A DNA stretch of 64,000 nt from a virus (IMGVR_UViG_3300038443_002533:192001-256000); one strand, 5' to 3'. Shown: positions 1 to 9,842, counted from the stretch's first letter. Translations and numbers: made by a program. Notes: generated by a model not told the origin, from the sequence alone.

Positions 1-28
1 ACGCCACGTCTACAAAACCCTGATTGAG

Positions 29-853
29 ATGGAATGCGGCTATCTGGCCATCATCGACTTTCCTGAACGTCCTACGGCGTTTGAACAATTTCCCTCTGGC
101 CGGTTTATCGTCGGGGACATGTTCGACGGCGAGATCGTGTATTACCGTTTGAATATCCTGACGAGCTTCCGTAACCGGGGCCGTTCGGGTAGCACCGCCG
201 TCATGACGGAAGTGAAAGCCAAACTCAAAGCGTATTTCGCCAAGACCTATGGTGAATTGACTCCCGTACACGGTTGGTCGATGTTGAGCGACTATGTGCA
301 GTGGGTGCTCAATCCCGTTGGTCGAATCTTGCAGCAGACACCAGGTACGAAACTGGTCCCCTTGAGCGGTGACCGGGGCTATGAACTCTACATGGAATTC
401 CCGCAACTTATCTTCTTCAAGATGGAACCACGGGTGACGTGTGGGTTGGAAGGCCACAAACCGTTGACGGTGATGGCACATGAGTACGAAAAGTACCAAA
501 GCGTCGTGACTGCTGAGACAGTGCGGCTGAACTATCCGCGCGATGGCTTCTTCGGTCGCATGTGGTTCGATAGTCGACCGTATTTCTTCGCCATGCAAGT
601 GGCTAATCTGAACCGCTGGAATCGCTTGCAGCGCCTCGATGAATTCCGCATCGAGAATGTGGAAAGGACCTTGAGCGATGGGTTGTCGCCCGACGACTTG
701 AGCATCATCCTGCATCGGGAAATCAGTAAGAAGTTTTCCTTCATGCGGGCCGGTACGCTGGGTAAGCCAAAAGACATCCAAGTGTTGTTCAAACTCAAGT
801 CCATGGCCATCGAGAACCTGATCGGTTACGAAAACGAAAACGAAGTCGCGTGA
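29..853 (+). CDS. hypothetical protein
   Basis: 274-aa ORF in the dominant + strand gene run; no recognisable family. Confidence 0.6.
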   Translation: MECGYLAIIDFPERPTAFEQFPSGRFIVGDMFDGEIVYYRLNILTSFRNRGRSGSTAVMTEVKAKLKAYFAKTYGELTPVHGWSMLSDYVQWVLNPVGRILQQTPGTKLVPLSGDRGYELYMEFPQLIFFKMEPRVTCGLEGHKPLTVMAHEYEKYQSVVTAETVRLNYPRDGFFGRMWFDSRPYFFAMQVANLNRWNRLQRLDEFRIENVERTLSDGLSPDDLSIILHREISKKFSFMRAGTLGKPKDIQVLFKLKSMAIENLIGYENENEVA

Positions 854-863
854 AAGGAATCTC

Positions 864-1307
864 ATGAAACGAGCTTTGAAGTTAGTAGGAACCGACACTG
901 AGTTGGTTCTGTCTATCGCCACCAAACTGCATCACCCCGAACCGTTCTTCTACTTGACCGAGTTGGCGGACGGAACCTGGCGACTGGAATACAGTACCAC
1001 GTTCGTCGAAAGCTTCGCTACTGTCAGCAACATAGTCATCACCGGGCTGGACCATGGTACGGTGAAAGGTCGTCCGTTGCAACCATGTGAACTGGCGATT
1101 ATGTTCCATAACGTGATCACGGGCGAGAATCAATTAGTCGGTAAGTTCGAGATCGATTTGATTGCGGGCATTAACAGCAAACCTGGTGAGCGTCGCATTT
1201 ATCTTGAACAAGGTAAAAGCAATAAATTCAAGATGACGTATAGCCGTGACCTCATCCCCACCCTGTACGCCTTTAAAGGCTTCCAGATGGTGCGGGAAGA
1301 AGATTAA
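864..1307 (+). CDS. hypothetical protein
   Basis: AAAGGA SD upstream; 147 aa; followed by an inverted repeat (ATTCAATGACG...CGTCATTGAAT). Confidence 0.65.
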   Translation: MKRALKLVGTDTELVLSIATKLHHPEPFFYLTELADGTWRLEYSTTFVESFATVSNIVITGLDHGTVKGRPLQPCELAIMFHNVITGENQLVGKFEIDLIAGINSKPGERRIYLEQGKSNKFKMTYSRDLIPTLYAFKGFQMVREED

Positions 1308-1393
1308 GCGGCATCCCTGATAATAGAGACATATTCAATGACGGTACCCTAACCCCGTGTCGTCATTGAATCTAACATAATCCAATAACCAAT

Positions 1394-1774
1394 ATGCTCA
1401 CTTCATCCGTCCAACCTACCACCCGTCCTGTTGCTCCGGCTAAGAAAGGGTTTCCCCGTTTCGTCATGCGTACCATGGAAATGGTGCGTAGTCTGTCCAC
1501 CCGTGATGGGGTGATCCGTATCACGATCGATACCACGTCGAGTGTCGCCGTGTGTTTCCATGCCCACTGGTTGATCAGTTCTGGCAAAACCCGTTCGATC
1601 GAACGTCGGGTGTTTGTTGAAGCCAAGCTGAACGCCAATGGACTGTGCAACGCGGTCTACATGGCTCGACCGTTCGATGAGGACGCCACCGTGATCGAAT
1701 ACGAACTGAACGACCTGGATCTGCTGGCCAAAGACATCCAAGCCTACCTGAGTAGCGGCAAACTGCCGGAATAA
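1394..1774 (+). CDS. hypothetical protein
   Basis: 126-aa ORF with A/C-rich leader, ends just before a hairpin. Confidence 0.6.
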   Translation: MLTSSVQPTTRPVAPAKKGFPRFVMRTMEMVRSLSTRDGVIRITIDTTSSVAVCFHAHWLISSGKTRSIERRVFVEAKLNANGLCNAVYMARPFDEDATVIEYELNDLDLLAKDIQAYLSSGKLPE

Positions 1775-1784
1775 GTGAGCTATC

Positions 1785-1819
1785 CCCTCTCCTACCCGCA
1801 AGGGTAGGAGAGGGCTATG
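1785..1819. terminator. GC-rich hairpin (13-bp stem, GCAA loop) followed by TATG; member of dispersed hairpin family
   Basis: CCCTCTCCTACCC-GCAA-GGGTAGGAGAGGG then CTATG and a T-run; near-identical cores at 26480 and 32358. Confidence 0.75.
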
Positions 1820-1832
1820 CCGCTTATTTTTT

Positions 1833-1859
1833 TCTAGATGTTTTCACGACTATATCACT
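1833..1859 (+). promoter_or_regulatory. putative phage early promoter (virion RNAP)
   Basis: TCTAGA-tg-TTTTCACGAC-TATATCACT; same motif and spacing at 26533; resembles the phiKZ early TATATTAC core. Confidence 0.7.
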
Positions 1860-1947
1860 GATAAGAACGGCAACGTAAGAATAAAACGTTACCCGTCCCC
1901 GAAATTATACAGTCGTATCGCATAACTAACAATGAAAGGAAATCATC

Positions 1948-2205
1948 ATGAGCAACCAAAACATTCAAGTCAGTCTCGACGGCGGCATCACGTATCAGGA
2001 AGCCCCCAATGGCGTGCAGGTTATCTACCCAAACGTCGATGTTCCGGGTGAAGAAAAGAAGGGCGAGTTGCGCATCAGCCTGACTTCTGAACGCGTCGTC
2101 AAGGATCTGTGGGTTGACTTTGAAAGTCGACTCGACTGCAATCTGGCGAGTGAATCGATGATGGTGGGAGCGATCATCAAGGAATTGGTCGAGGAGAATG
2201 TGTAA
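1948..2205 (+). CDS. hypothetical protein, SLDGG-motif paralogue 1
   Basis: N-terminus IQVSLDGGITYQ similar to 2608..2883; SD AAAGGA. Confidence 0.7.
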   Translation: MSNQNIQVSLDGGITYQEAPNGVQVIYPNVDVPGEEKKGELRISLTSERVVKDLWVDFESRLDCNLASESMMVGAIIKELVEENV

Positions 2206-2591
2206 TGGCGTTCCGGTCCGATAACCGCCGCACTATTGTGGTGTATTACTTCACCGATTCCACCCGCACTTCGGTGATCGCGGGCACCACCCGCTGGTAC
2301 AAGTACGCACGCTCGGCCAAAGACAGCGCCCATGACGCGATGGTGGAAAACCTGTACGGCGCCCAGGTCGCCGTCGTGTTTGACGATGACACTGGTAAAG
2401 ACCTGTTCATCTTCACCCGCAGCGCTGACAATGAAGTCAAGACTGTATGGCGCGCAGATGAAATCAAGAAGGCCAAGTACCTCGCCACCAGCCGTGATCC
2501 GTTTGGTGAATTCACCCGCGGTTTGTCGAAACGCGCGAAATCGCGTCAAGCGCGTGAATTCGCTGGCCTGCCGCGCCGTAGCCGCCAATAG
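2205..2591 (+). CDS. hypothetical protein (basic C-terminus)
   Basis: TAATG overlap with the previous gene; 128 aa. Confidence 0.65.
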   Translation: MAFRSDNRRTIVVYYFTDSTRTSVIAGTTRWYKYARSAKDSAHDAMVENLYGAQVAVVFDDDTGKDLFIFTRSADNEVKTVWRADEIKKAKYLATSRDPFGEFTRGLSKRAKSRQAREFAGLPRRSRQ

Positions 2592-2607
2592 TCGTCTAGG
2601 AGCTATC

Positions 2608-2883
2608 ATGAACCATAACCAACTCAAGATTAGCCTCGATGGCGGTAAGACGTTTCAGGACGTTGACCCCAAACAAGGTGTTATCGTCAAATACGAAAAC
2701 ACGGCTTTGAATACCATTTTGGACGGTAGCCCGACCGAATATGGGGATGTTACTACCACCTTCACGAACTCGAGTGTTAAGCAGCAAATCCACTACCGGC
2801 AGGAAGAAAATCAGGTTGTGCGTGTGGCATACACCGTGTGGGAATACATGAAGAACATCCGATTTACTTGGGCCTCCAAATAA
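2608..2883 (+). CDS. hypothetical protein, SLDGG-motif paralogue 2
   Basis: Start reassigned to ATG 2608 (AGGAG SD); LKISLDGGKTFQ. Confidence 0.7.
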   Translation: MNHNQLKISLDGGKTFQDVDPKQGVIVKYENTALNTILDGSPTEYGDVTTTFTNSSVKQQIHYRQEENQVVRVAYTVWEYMKNIRFTWASK

Positions 2884-2938
2884 AGCACCGTTAATAACCA
2901 ACAAACGAGTACCTCAAGCACCACTAAGGAAAACCAGC

Positions 2939-3136
2939 ATGCTCAACTCCAACATATTTCATGACCGTGAGAATGATCGCTACATTAACTTCGATAACGT
3001 AGAATGTATCGAGTTCTCCACCGAAGATGGTCTAAACATGGCGACGATCCACCTCGTGAGTGGCGGCGCGTTCACATACACGGGCGGCCATGTGCATGAG
3101 ATCCGGTCGCGCTGGCGCGATTACGCCGAACGGTAA
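2939..3136 (+). CDS. small hypothetical protein
   Basis: 65 aa, AAGGA SD. Confidence 0.6.
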   Translation: MLNSNIFHDRENDRYINFDNVECIEFSTEDGLNMATIHLVSGGAFTYTGGHVHEIRSRWRDYAER

Positions 3137-3223
3137 CTGGATAACTTTCTACCACGTTGCGCTATTCAGTAGCCCTTACAACAACAAAAGAGGATGTGCC
3201 ATGACTATCTGTTATAAGGACGC

Positions 3224-3652
3224 GTGATGGTAGATTACGCGCCATTTGTTGACCTCGATAAAAACGGGGTCATTATCGTCACGCTCGTCAGCGCGATTGA
3301 AGAATTCCCCAACGCCATCATTCTGCTCAACATCAGCGCCCAGTTCAAGAACGGATGGACGGGGGATCTTCCAGATCCAGAACGCATGGTAAAGGTGTGC
3401 TTTAAAAATCCGAACAACGGGATCATGTCGACTGAAACCGTGAACGGTGTCGTCCGGCAGATTGAGTCCTTATACGCCAATGAGATCGACGCACTCTGGT
3501 TTCAAAATCTCCCCAACACGGATTACACGGTGTTGGTCGGAGGACCGATTCCGGAAGACGCCGAAATACTGCAATGGGACTGGCAGGATCTGTGTCGGTT
3601 GAAAGAACATATTCGTATGTTGTACGATCCGACTGTGTCGACGCCACATTAA
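3224..3652 (+). CDS. hypothetical protein
   Basis: 142-aa ORF; start uncertain. Confidence 0.55.
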   Translation: MMVDYAPFVDLDKNGVIIVTLVSAIEEFPNAIILLNISAQFKNGWTGDLPDPERMVKVCFKNPNNGIMSTETVNGVVRQIESLYANEIDALWFQNLPNTDYTVLVGGPIPEDAEILQWDWQDLCRLKEHIRMLYDPTVSTPH

Positions 3653-3699
3653 CCGAGGATGGGCTTACGCCCATCTGTATTTTTTGGATATGAATTCCC

Positions 3700-4134
3700 A
3701 TGTACCTTCGATTGGATTTTGCACAGCGTATGGCCGTGGCCGTACTCAGTGAACTGGCTCACCGCAGCACACCCCAACCCGGGGCACCGGAAGAGATCAT
3801 CGACGCCTCGCCCGTCATGCTGGCCAATTTCGGCGGGACGTGTTACTACAGCAAGCATTACCAACGTTTCGCCTGGATTCGCCCTTACGTGATCAAGCAA
3901 AACGGGCAAGACGTGTTACAGACGGATCGTTTGATCGTGTCGTTCGGCTACTATAAGCCGCCGCAGGATTGGCAGAACGAGGAACACCTCAACCATATGA
4001 AACACACCTACGCTGCCGAGATCGTTGACGCAGCGAATCTGATCGTCGCGTTTCTACTCGACGGTTCTCTCCCTGACAACGTGAACCCGGGTGATACGCA
4101 TACACGCGATCCTTTGGTCACCATCATCGCGTAA
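3700..4134 (+). CDS. hypothetical protein
   Basis: 144-aa ORF in the co-oriented run. Confidence 0.55.
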   Translation: MYLRLDFAQRMAVAVLSELAHRSTPQPGAPEEIIDASPVMLANFGGTCYYSKHYQRFAWIRPYVIKQNGQDVLQTDRLIVSFGYYKPPQDWQNEEHLNHMKHTYAAEIVDAANLIVAFLLDGSLPDNVNPGDTHTRDPLVTIIA

Positions 4135-4143
4135 GGACGCACC

Positions 4144-4302
4144 ATGGCAGCTCAATGGCAGTACGTCGCTCCCGATTCCAAACCGGCTCGTCCGAACGGG
4201 AACTGGATCTGCAAGTGTGGTATCGGTAATCATTCGTACGAGCGCGCCTGCTTCAAATGCGGCAAACCGTACGAGGAAATCCTCGATCCGGAAGAAAAGT
4301 AA
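4144..4302 (+). CDS. small zinc-finger protein, RanBP2/NZF-like spacing
   Basis: Not in the ORF track; 52 aa MAAQWQYV...WICKCGIGNHSYERACFKCG...; AAGGA SD. Confidence 0.65.
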   Translation: MAAQWQYVAPDSKPARPNGNWICKCGIGNHSYERACFKCGKPYEEILDPEEK

Positions 4303-4337
4303 TCGCGTCACCATAACCAACAACAACTAGGACACCT

Positions 4338-4724
4338 ATGAAGTCAATCGCTGTTGCTCTACCACCTTGGGTGGACGAGAAGAGGAAAGAACTCGTCTAT
4401 AGCCCACAGCCTTCGCTGTACTTTACGCTGGGGCCATTGTTACAGTGGCAAGACATCGATGTGATGTTCACCGAGCTGGCTAACTACGCCGCGGGTTCTG
4501 GCGTCAAACTCCAGATCACGGAACTCGTCAAAGAACTCAAGGACCTGTGTTCGCCGCAGACCTTGGTGGCCCGCCTCTCGGTTTCCAATATTCTGAGAGA
4601 ACAGTTCATCCTGCACGTCGCGGCCGCTGAACAGCTCGGTACCACGTTGTACGCTTATGTGATCCGCCTCAGCCCACAAGGCAGTATCATGGGCATACGC
4701 GCCACCCACCTTTACCCTAACTGA
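4338..4724 (+). CDS. hypothetical protein
   Basis: 128 aa; AACCAACAAC leader plus AGGA SD. Confidence 0.6.
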   Translation: MKSIAVALPPWVDEKRKELVYSPQPSLYFTLGPLLQWQDIDVMFTELANYAAGSGVKLQITELVKELKDLCSPQTLVARLSVSNILREQFILHVAAAEQLGTTLYAYVIRLSPQGSIMGIRATHLYPN

Positions 4725-4735
4725 GAGTTACACGG

Positions 4736-5188
4736 ATGCAGATTTTCGAGAAGATCAAGGGATATTCACCCAACGCCGATGCCAGTGATTTTAACTTCGT
4801 ACGTCAAGTCATCGAAGAACTTGACCTCATTCCCACCAAAGACAAAGTGGTGTTTCCTGTGGCTAACCGTAGCTCCGCGTTTGCGGACATCGAATGCCAG
4901 CTGGGTTACAGCGACGATGGTCGCCCGTATGGGGAATTCAGCTTCGTGTTGCGGCGCGAAGAACTGGGGATGGCCCACACCGCGATTGTCACCACCACGG
5001 TGGAACAAGGTGGGTTGAAACTGCATCTGCAAATCCGTCCGAACAACAAGCTGCGTAAAGCCGGCCACCGCAGCATCACCCGCATCCTGCCGACCGCCAA
5101 AGCCATGGCACAAGCGATCTGCGCGAACTACGCACCCGGTTCGGTCGGACGTAAAGTTGTCCCCATTGTCACCAAACAACCAGCATAA
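4736..5188 (+). CDS. hypothetical protein
   Basis: 150-aa ORF ending at a hairpin. Confidence 0.6.
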   Translation: MQIFEKIKGYSPNADASDFNFVRQVIEELDLIPTKDKVVFPVANRSSAFADIECQLGYSDDGRPYGEFSFVLRREELGMAHTAIVTTTVEQGGLKLHLQIRPNNKLRKAGHRSITRILPTAKAMAQAICANYAPGSVGRKVVPIVTKQPA

Positions 5189-5226
5189 GCCTACCACCCT
5201 GCCCCCGACGGGGTGGGGTAGTATGC
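5183..5226. repeat. CATA-hairpin-TATG element
   Basis: GCATAAGC-stem-loop-AGTATGCCGTCTATT; flanks nearly identical to the 13647 copy. Confidence 0.7.
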
Positions 5227-5258
5227 CGTCTATTCCACAACCAAGAAAAGGAACTACC

Positions 5259-5570
5259 ATGTCTACTTCCGTCATCAAAGTCCCCGTGAACGATCAAGCA
5301 GCACTGCATTCCACGTTCGAAGGTCGCCGCCGCCCATCCTTGGGCGCTGTCTTTCAGCGCATTCTGACCGAGAAGAATATCGACGATACGAAGCTCGCCA
5401 CTCTCATCGATCAATGGATTGAACGTACGGGTGGCGAACTCACCGACCGTAGCGCTGAACATGAAGCAAAATACTGGAATATGCATTTGAAAGATCCGAA
5501 CCTGTCATGGGTGCGGTTCTGCGTCGGTTTGACTATCGTCGGAGTCAATGAATTGACGTTGTTGGCGTAA
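5259..5570 (+). CDS. hypothetical helical protein; probable distant paralogue of 50622..50924
   Basis: Start at ATG 5259 (AAAGGA); C-terminal (L/M)SW..F...L..(V/L)G pattern shared with 50622. Confidence 0.6.
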   Translation: MSTSVIKVPVNDQAALHSTFEGRRRPSLGAVFQRILTEKNIDDTKLATLIDQWIERTGGELTDRSAEHEAKYWNMHLKDPNLSWVRFCVGLTIVGVNELTLLA

Positions 5571-5667
5571 GTTGAATTAGCTTCAAAAGTTGCTGCGGTT
5601 AAAGAATATTGGCAAAACAAACACTATAGTACCACTATCTTTAACCCGGTAATACAAGGAGCTAATC

Positions 5668-6231
5668 ATGCGTAAGTCAGCGAATGAGCAAGACACGATC
5701 GTGGTGGCAGCGACCGGTAAATCAAAGGGTAAGCCAGCCGACACTGTGATCAAGGTCATGGAGTTGGTGGAAGAAAACCTCACCCATCCGAAGATCGAGG
5801 TGATCGACAACAAGCACCCGGCCAAGCCGGTGAAAGGCACGCGCTACAAAAAGGTCGAGGCGAAAGACGCCAATCCGGTGCATCAAAGCAAACCCAAAGC
5901 CAAAGCAGCGAAACCCAAGGAGAAGACTCAATCCTTGGTGAAGGAAATCGACGCGACGGCCGATGCGACCTTGGCGGTATTGCGCCAAGAAGAAACCAAA
6001 GCGGTGTTCGATACCGCGAACCGCTGGGCCAGCCGGGAAGACCTGACGCCCCTGGAACGGTGCCATGGCACGGCCCATGAAGTCTACGTAATGGACCATC
6101 CGCCATCCAAGGCAGGGCACAAGCAACAGCAAGCCCGACACGAGTCGTACATGACGCAATTCGATCAACACTTCCTCGGGGAAATCGAACAGCGTCGTAT
6201 CCGCGCTGCGCGTGAACTCTTTACCAATTAA
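5668..6231 (+). CDS. RAAKDLF-array member 1
   Basis: Lys-rich N-terminus; C-terminal module WASREDLTPLERCHGTAHE...EQRRIRAARELFTN. Confidence 0.8.
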   Translation: MRKSANEQDTIVVAATGKSKGKPADTVIKVMELVEENLTHPKIEVIDNKHPAKPVKGTRYKKVEAKDANPVHQSKPKAKAAKPKEKTQSLVKEIDATADATLAVLRQEETKAVFDTANRWASREDLTPLERCHGTAHEVYVMDHPPSKAGHKQQQARHESYMTQFDQHFLGEIEQRRIRAARELFTN

Positions 6232-6302
6232 TTTTTGAGCGAAAACGATAATCATGGGGGTGCAAGCCTCCATGATTATTAGTTTCATTGAAAGGATCGA
6301 CC

Positions 6303-7022
6303 ATGTTTTTCGATGATGGGGACGATAGCGATGAAGAAAGACAAGAAAGAGAGAATCTCAAGAAGATTACCGGTACGGTGATTACAATTTTAGGCATTCC
6401 TAAAGATGCGAGCGCGGCGGGTATCAACACACTGGTCAATGAGGTCTCTGAAACTGCGCTGAACAACATGCGCGATGTGGAAGTCTCCCACGTATCATCG
6501 GTGCCGGTTTTCACCGCGCGTAACATTGAATTGTTGGAATCGAAAGAAAACCTAGAAGATAAAACGCTGAGTCAGCCCATTGGGCGGGCGATGGCGACGA
6601 TTATTCACGCTGTCACGGAGTTGGAAGAGCGCGAAGGAAATTTAGAACGCGAACGTCAGTGGACAAGCCTCACTGAAGAAGAACAACAGGCGCTTATCAA
6701 AAAGCATCAACGCGACGAACGCGAATGGAATAAGCAGGCAGCTATCAACGCGGAACATCGACGGCAAGAGGAACTCGACAACGCTTTTGATATCGCGCAG
6801 AAATGGGGTAATCGCGCCGGACTCACCAACCAAGAAGTGGCCCATGGTGTCGCGTACGATTTCCATCGCCTCCATGCTCACCCCCATACCGTGGATGTCG
6901 AGACAGGTGCTGTCAAAATGTACAACCCTGCTCAAGATTACGCTGACCACTATCAAACCCATTTCGCGGAACAAATTCAATCACGCACGATTCGTGCGGC
7001 GAAAGCCCTATTCGGAGAATAA
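6303..7022 (+). CDS. RAAKDLF-array member 2
   Basis: Start ATG 6303 (AAAGGA); KWGNRAGLTNQEVAHGVAYD...QIQSRTIRAAKALFGE. Confidence 0.8.
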   Translation: MFFDDGDDSDEERQERENLKKITGTVITILGIPKDASAAGINTLVNEVSETALNNMRDVEVSHVSSVPVFTARNIELLESKENLEDKTLSQPIGRAMATIIHAVTELEEREGNLERERQWTSLTEEEQQALIKKHQRDEREWNKQAAINAEHRRQEELDNAFDIAQKWGNRAGLTNQEVAHGVAYDFHRLHAHPHTVDVETGAVKMYNPAQDYADHYQTHFAEQIQSRTIRAAKALFGE

Positions 7023-7025
7023 ACC

Positions 7026-7682
7026 ATGCCTATCAAACAACAACGTGAGATGGAAGTTTCGGTGAAGGGTCGAACCTTCATGGTGAAGTATGAATGCTTG
7101 AAGAACGAGACCGTGAGCCCGGTTGAATTTCACGCGGCGCTGGAAGAAATCATCCAGATGAGCGGCGGCATCCGCGCTGGTTCACTCACGGGCATGTCGC
7201 AAAATAGCTTGCGGCAAAACTTTACTTTCCGCGAAGTCAGCAGCGATGAGCAGATCGAGCAGTATCACGCGGTCGAGACCATCAAGCAATTCATGGAAGG
7301 GATTGACGCTGTTGGTGATCGCGCTTTAATAGAGACCGTTTCGCCGCAATTCGCCAAAGTTTTCCAACAGTTGCGCGAAGGAGAACTGACTGCCGAAGAG
7401 GGGGTTAGTATCATGAATGACGCTATCGCGCTGGCGCGTCAAAACCAGCACCAGAAACATCAGCAACGTTACCTGGATATCGCCGAGCAATGGGCGAACA
7501 AACCGAATCTAACGTTGCGGGAAGCTTGTCATGGTGTCGCTTATGACACTTACTGCGTCGCTCATCCCGAACAACCCAAAGTCATGGCGCGTCAAGAATA
7601 CGGTCAACGTTACGATAGCCATTTCGTTGACCAAATCAAAAACCGCCAGATCAAGGCGGCCAAAGATTTGTTTGGAGAGTAA
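7026..7682 (+). CDS. RAAKDLF-array member 3
   Basis: QWANKPNLTLREACHGVAYD...QIKNRQIKAAKDLFGE. Confidence 0.8.
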   Translation: MPIKQQREMEVSVKGRTFMVKYECLKNETVSPVEFHAALEEIIQMSGGIRAGSLTGMSQNSLRQNFTFREVSSDEQIEQYHAVETIKQFMEGIDAVGDRALIETVSPQFAKVFQQLREGELTAEEGVSIMNDAIALARQNQHQKHQQRYLDIAEQWANKPNLTLREACHGVAYDTYCVAHPEQPKVMARQEYGQRYDSHFVDQIKNRQIKAAKDLFGE

Positions 7683-7683
7683 G

Positions 7684-8127
7684 ATGAAAGGTACTCATGC
7701 CAACATCGATCCTATCGTCGATCTATATCAACGGTTTTACGTAAAGAGCAATAAGTTAAATGGCCAAGTGGATGATGAAGTGCTCGACCGTTTAACTGCT
7801 GAGTATGCCGACGATGTGAAGCGCGGGCGAGATGTCGATAAGGTTGTCGACGAGTTAACTGCAAAAGCCCTACGCTGGCAGTCTAAACGACAACACAGTG
7901 AAGCGTGCGAATTCTTCAACATCGCTGAGATGGTCGCTACCACGCCTGATATCACGGTGAGTGAAGCCTGCCATAAACTTGGGAAATTCTACTATTTGGC
8001 CAACCACAAGGTCAAAGGCGATCCCCAGGTTCTTTCTCAAAAGTATAACCAACTCTACGACAACCACTACACGAAACAAATCGAAGCGCGCCAAGTCCAG
8101 GCAGCCAAAGACCTTTTCGGGAATTAA
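7684..8127 (+). CDS. RAAKDLF-array member 4
   Basis: Start ATG 7684; EACHKLG...QIEARQVQAAKDLFGN. Confidence 0.8.
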   Translation: MKGTHANIDPIVDLYQRFYVKSNKLNGQVDDEVLDRLTAEYADDVKRGRDVDKVVDELTAKALRWQSKRQHSEACEFFNIAEMVATTPDITVSEACHKLGKFYYLANHKVKGDPQVLSQKYNQLYDNHYTKQIEARQVQAAKDLFGN

Positions 8128-8129
8128 CC

Positions 8130-9284
8130 ATGGCCCATAACTCGCAAGACATCGTGGGGGAAATCACCCTCAAAGAAATGACACCCGTCATCCGCGCGGT
8201 GTTTAACTGTTACAACCTTTCAATGAACCCACAAAGTCCTGGGGTGTATGCGTTCTGCACTGGCGAATCGTTCAGTCATTTCGGTATCGATGGTAACGGT
8301 ACGTGGGGTGAATTCATCGAAGACCTCGTTGATCTCGCCGTCGAACTCAAGGTCAGCGATGGCGACTATGCTGCCGGAGATTATGGTTACGGTCTTATCG
8401 TTAAGCTTTTGCTGACGCACTTTGGTCAGGGTAACCACCCCGCCGCCCACGAGCTGATTCAGATTGCGCAAGGGGCGTCGGAGTACGATAACATCGAGAT
8501 GTGGTATTTGTTTGATCTCGCCAAGCTGTTGGATGATGGCCATGGCCTTCATGCGTACCAGTTGGGCAGTGCGTGGTATTGCTCGAAACCCAGGCCAGGT
8601 GAGTTCGGCGGTTACAGTGAATTTCAGAACCAAAATGTAAAGATGTACCGCACCTCGGCAATGGTTGACCAGCATGCTCCGGCCGTCTCGACCCTACTGG
8701 ACGAAAAGAGCTACGAGCAAGTCGGAGCGATGTACGCCAGGGAAGCTGATGCACTCATCGGCGGGATCATTGATCCTTACGCGCAGCACCAGGTCGCCTG
8801 TCACGTGATCAAGAACTTGAACGACCATTACAGCAGTATGTTCGTCGAGCAACCCGCCAGTAACGATCCAACCACCGCTCAGAGCTACGAGACTACCGCT
8901 GTTCGGATGACGACGGATGAAGCGCATGCTGAAATCGCGCACTCGATGTACCACATCGCGCGCAAATGGGCGGATATGCCGGCTACTATCGACAATTACA
9001 CGTTGATCACGGGTGCGCTGGGTGAATTCACGCAACTGCTCCAGGAGGGTAATGGTGCCACCATACCGCCGATGCAGCTGTACCCCATCAACCCCACCGA
9101 CCAAATTTACGACCCCACCGTTTACCGCAATAACGAAATGGAAAAAGGGCGTTGGAACTTTAATCAACCGCTGCCACTCGTCGACCCCGTCTCGAACGTC
9201 AGCCTGTCTCAATCGTTCGAAGATATTTCGCGTGGCCTGGAGATGAACCGCATTAACGCTGCGAAAAAGATGTTTGGTTCTTAA
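8130..9284 (+). CDS. RAAKDLF-array member 5; N-terminal domain resembles an ICE-borne conserved hypothetical protein
   Basis: Motifs TPVIRAVF, DDGHGL, WYCSKPRPGEFGG; ends NRINAAKKMFGS. Confidence 0.8.
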   Translation: MAHNSQDIVGEITLKEMTPVIRAVFNCYNLSMNPQSPGVYAFCTGESFSHFGIDGNGTWGEFIEDLVDLAVELKVSDGDYAAGDYGYGLIVKLLLTHFGQGNHPAAHELIQIAQGASEYDNIEMWYLFDLAKLLDDGHGLHAYQLGSAWYCSKPRPGEFGGYSEFQNQNVKMYRTSAMVDQHAPAVSTLLDEKSYEQVGAMYAREADALIGGIIDPYAQHQVACHVIKNLNDHYSSMFVEQPASNDPTTAQSYETTAVRMTTDEAHAEIAHSMYHIARKWADMPATIDNYTLITGALGEFTQLLQEGNGATIPPMQLYPINPTDQIYDPTVYRNNEMEKGRWNFNQPLPLVDPVSNVSLSQSFEDISRGLEMNRINAAKKMFGS

Positions 9285-9320
9285 CCCAACCGATTTCACT
9301 AATAACGAAAGGATATCACC

Positions 9321-9842
9321 ATGACGGTTATTCAAGGTTTTAGCCAAATTAAACAACTCGACGTGCTGTTCGACAAAGATGGTTACCCCGTTAATCCAAG
9401 CACACGGGAGGTTCTCGCCGACCTTACTTATATTCAACTTTATATCAATTCTGATTTTCCCAAACACGGGGAAGGAATCGATAGCGGTGGTGTGTATGGG
9501 TTCGAGTCCACGATCGGTTTTTCGATGGGTTACGGTTATTTGTACCGATGGCGTGAGCAATTGGGAAAGATGATTGGATATCCAGCTAAACCAACCGATC
9601 ACGGTGATTCTTACATGGAAGGCGCCTATCAAGCAGGCGCCGGTCCGTTCTATGAACTGATTTGGTTTACCGATAACAATGGCGTGATCAACACAGCATT
9701 CTGCCAAAAACTGCTCAAGGATTTTGAAGAATGGAATGAACGCGCGAAAGCTCTAGGTGACGAAAAGTTCTATTCGGGTTACGAGTGTTTCTTGGCTGTA
9801 TTTCAGAAAGCTGCTGATAACGGCGTAGTCAACTATCAATAA
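9321..9842 (+). CDS. hypothetical protein interrupting the array (no C-terminal motif)
   Basis: Own A/C leader and SD; FYELIWFTDNNGVI...AADNGVV. Confidence 0.75.
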   Translation: MTVIQGFSQIKQLDVLFDKDGYPVNPSTREVLADLTYIQLYINSDFPKHGEGIDSGGVYGFESTIGFSMGYGYLYRWREQLGKMIGYPAKPTDHGDSYMEGAYQAGAGPFYELIWFTDNNGVINTAFCQKLLKDFEEWNERAKALGDEKFYSGYECFLAVFQKAADNGVVNYQ

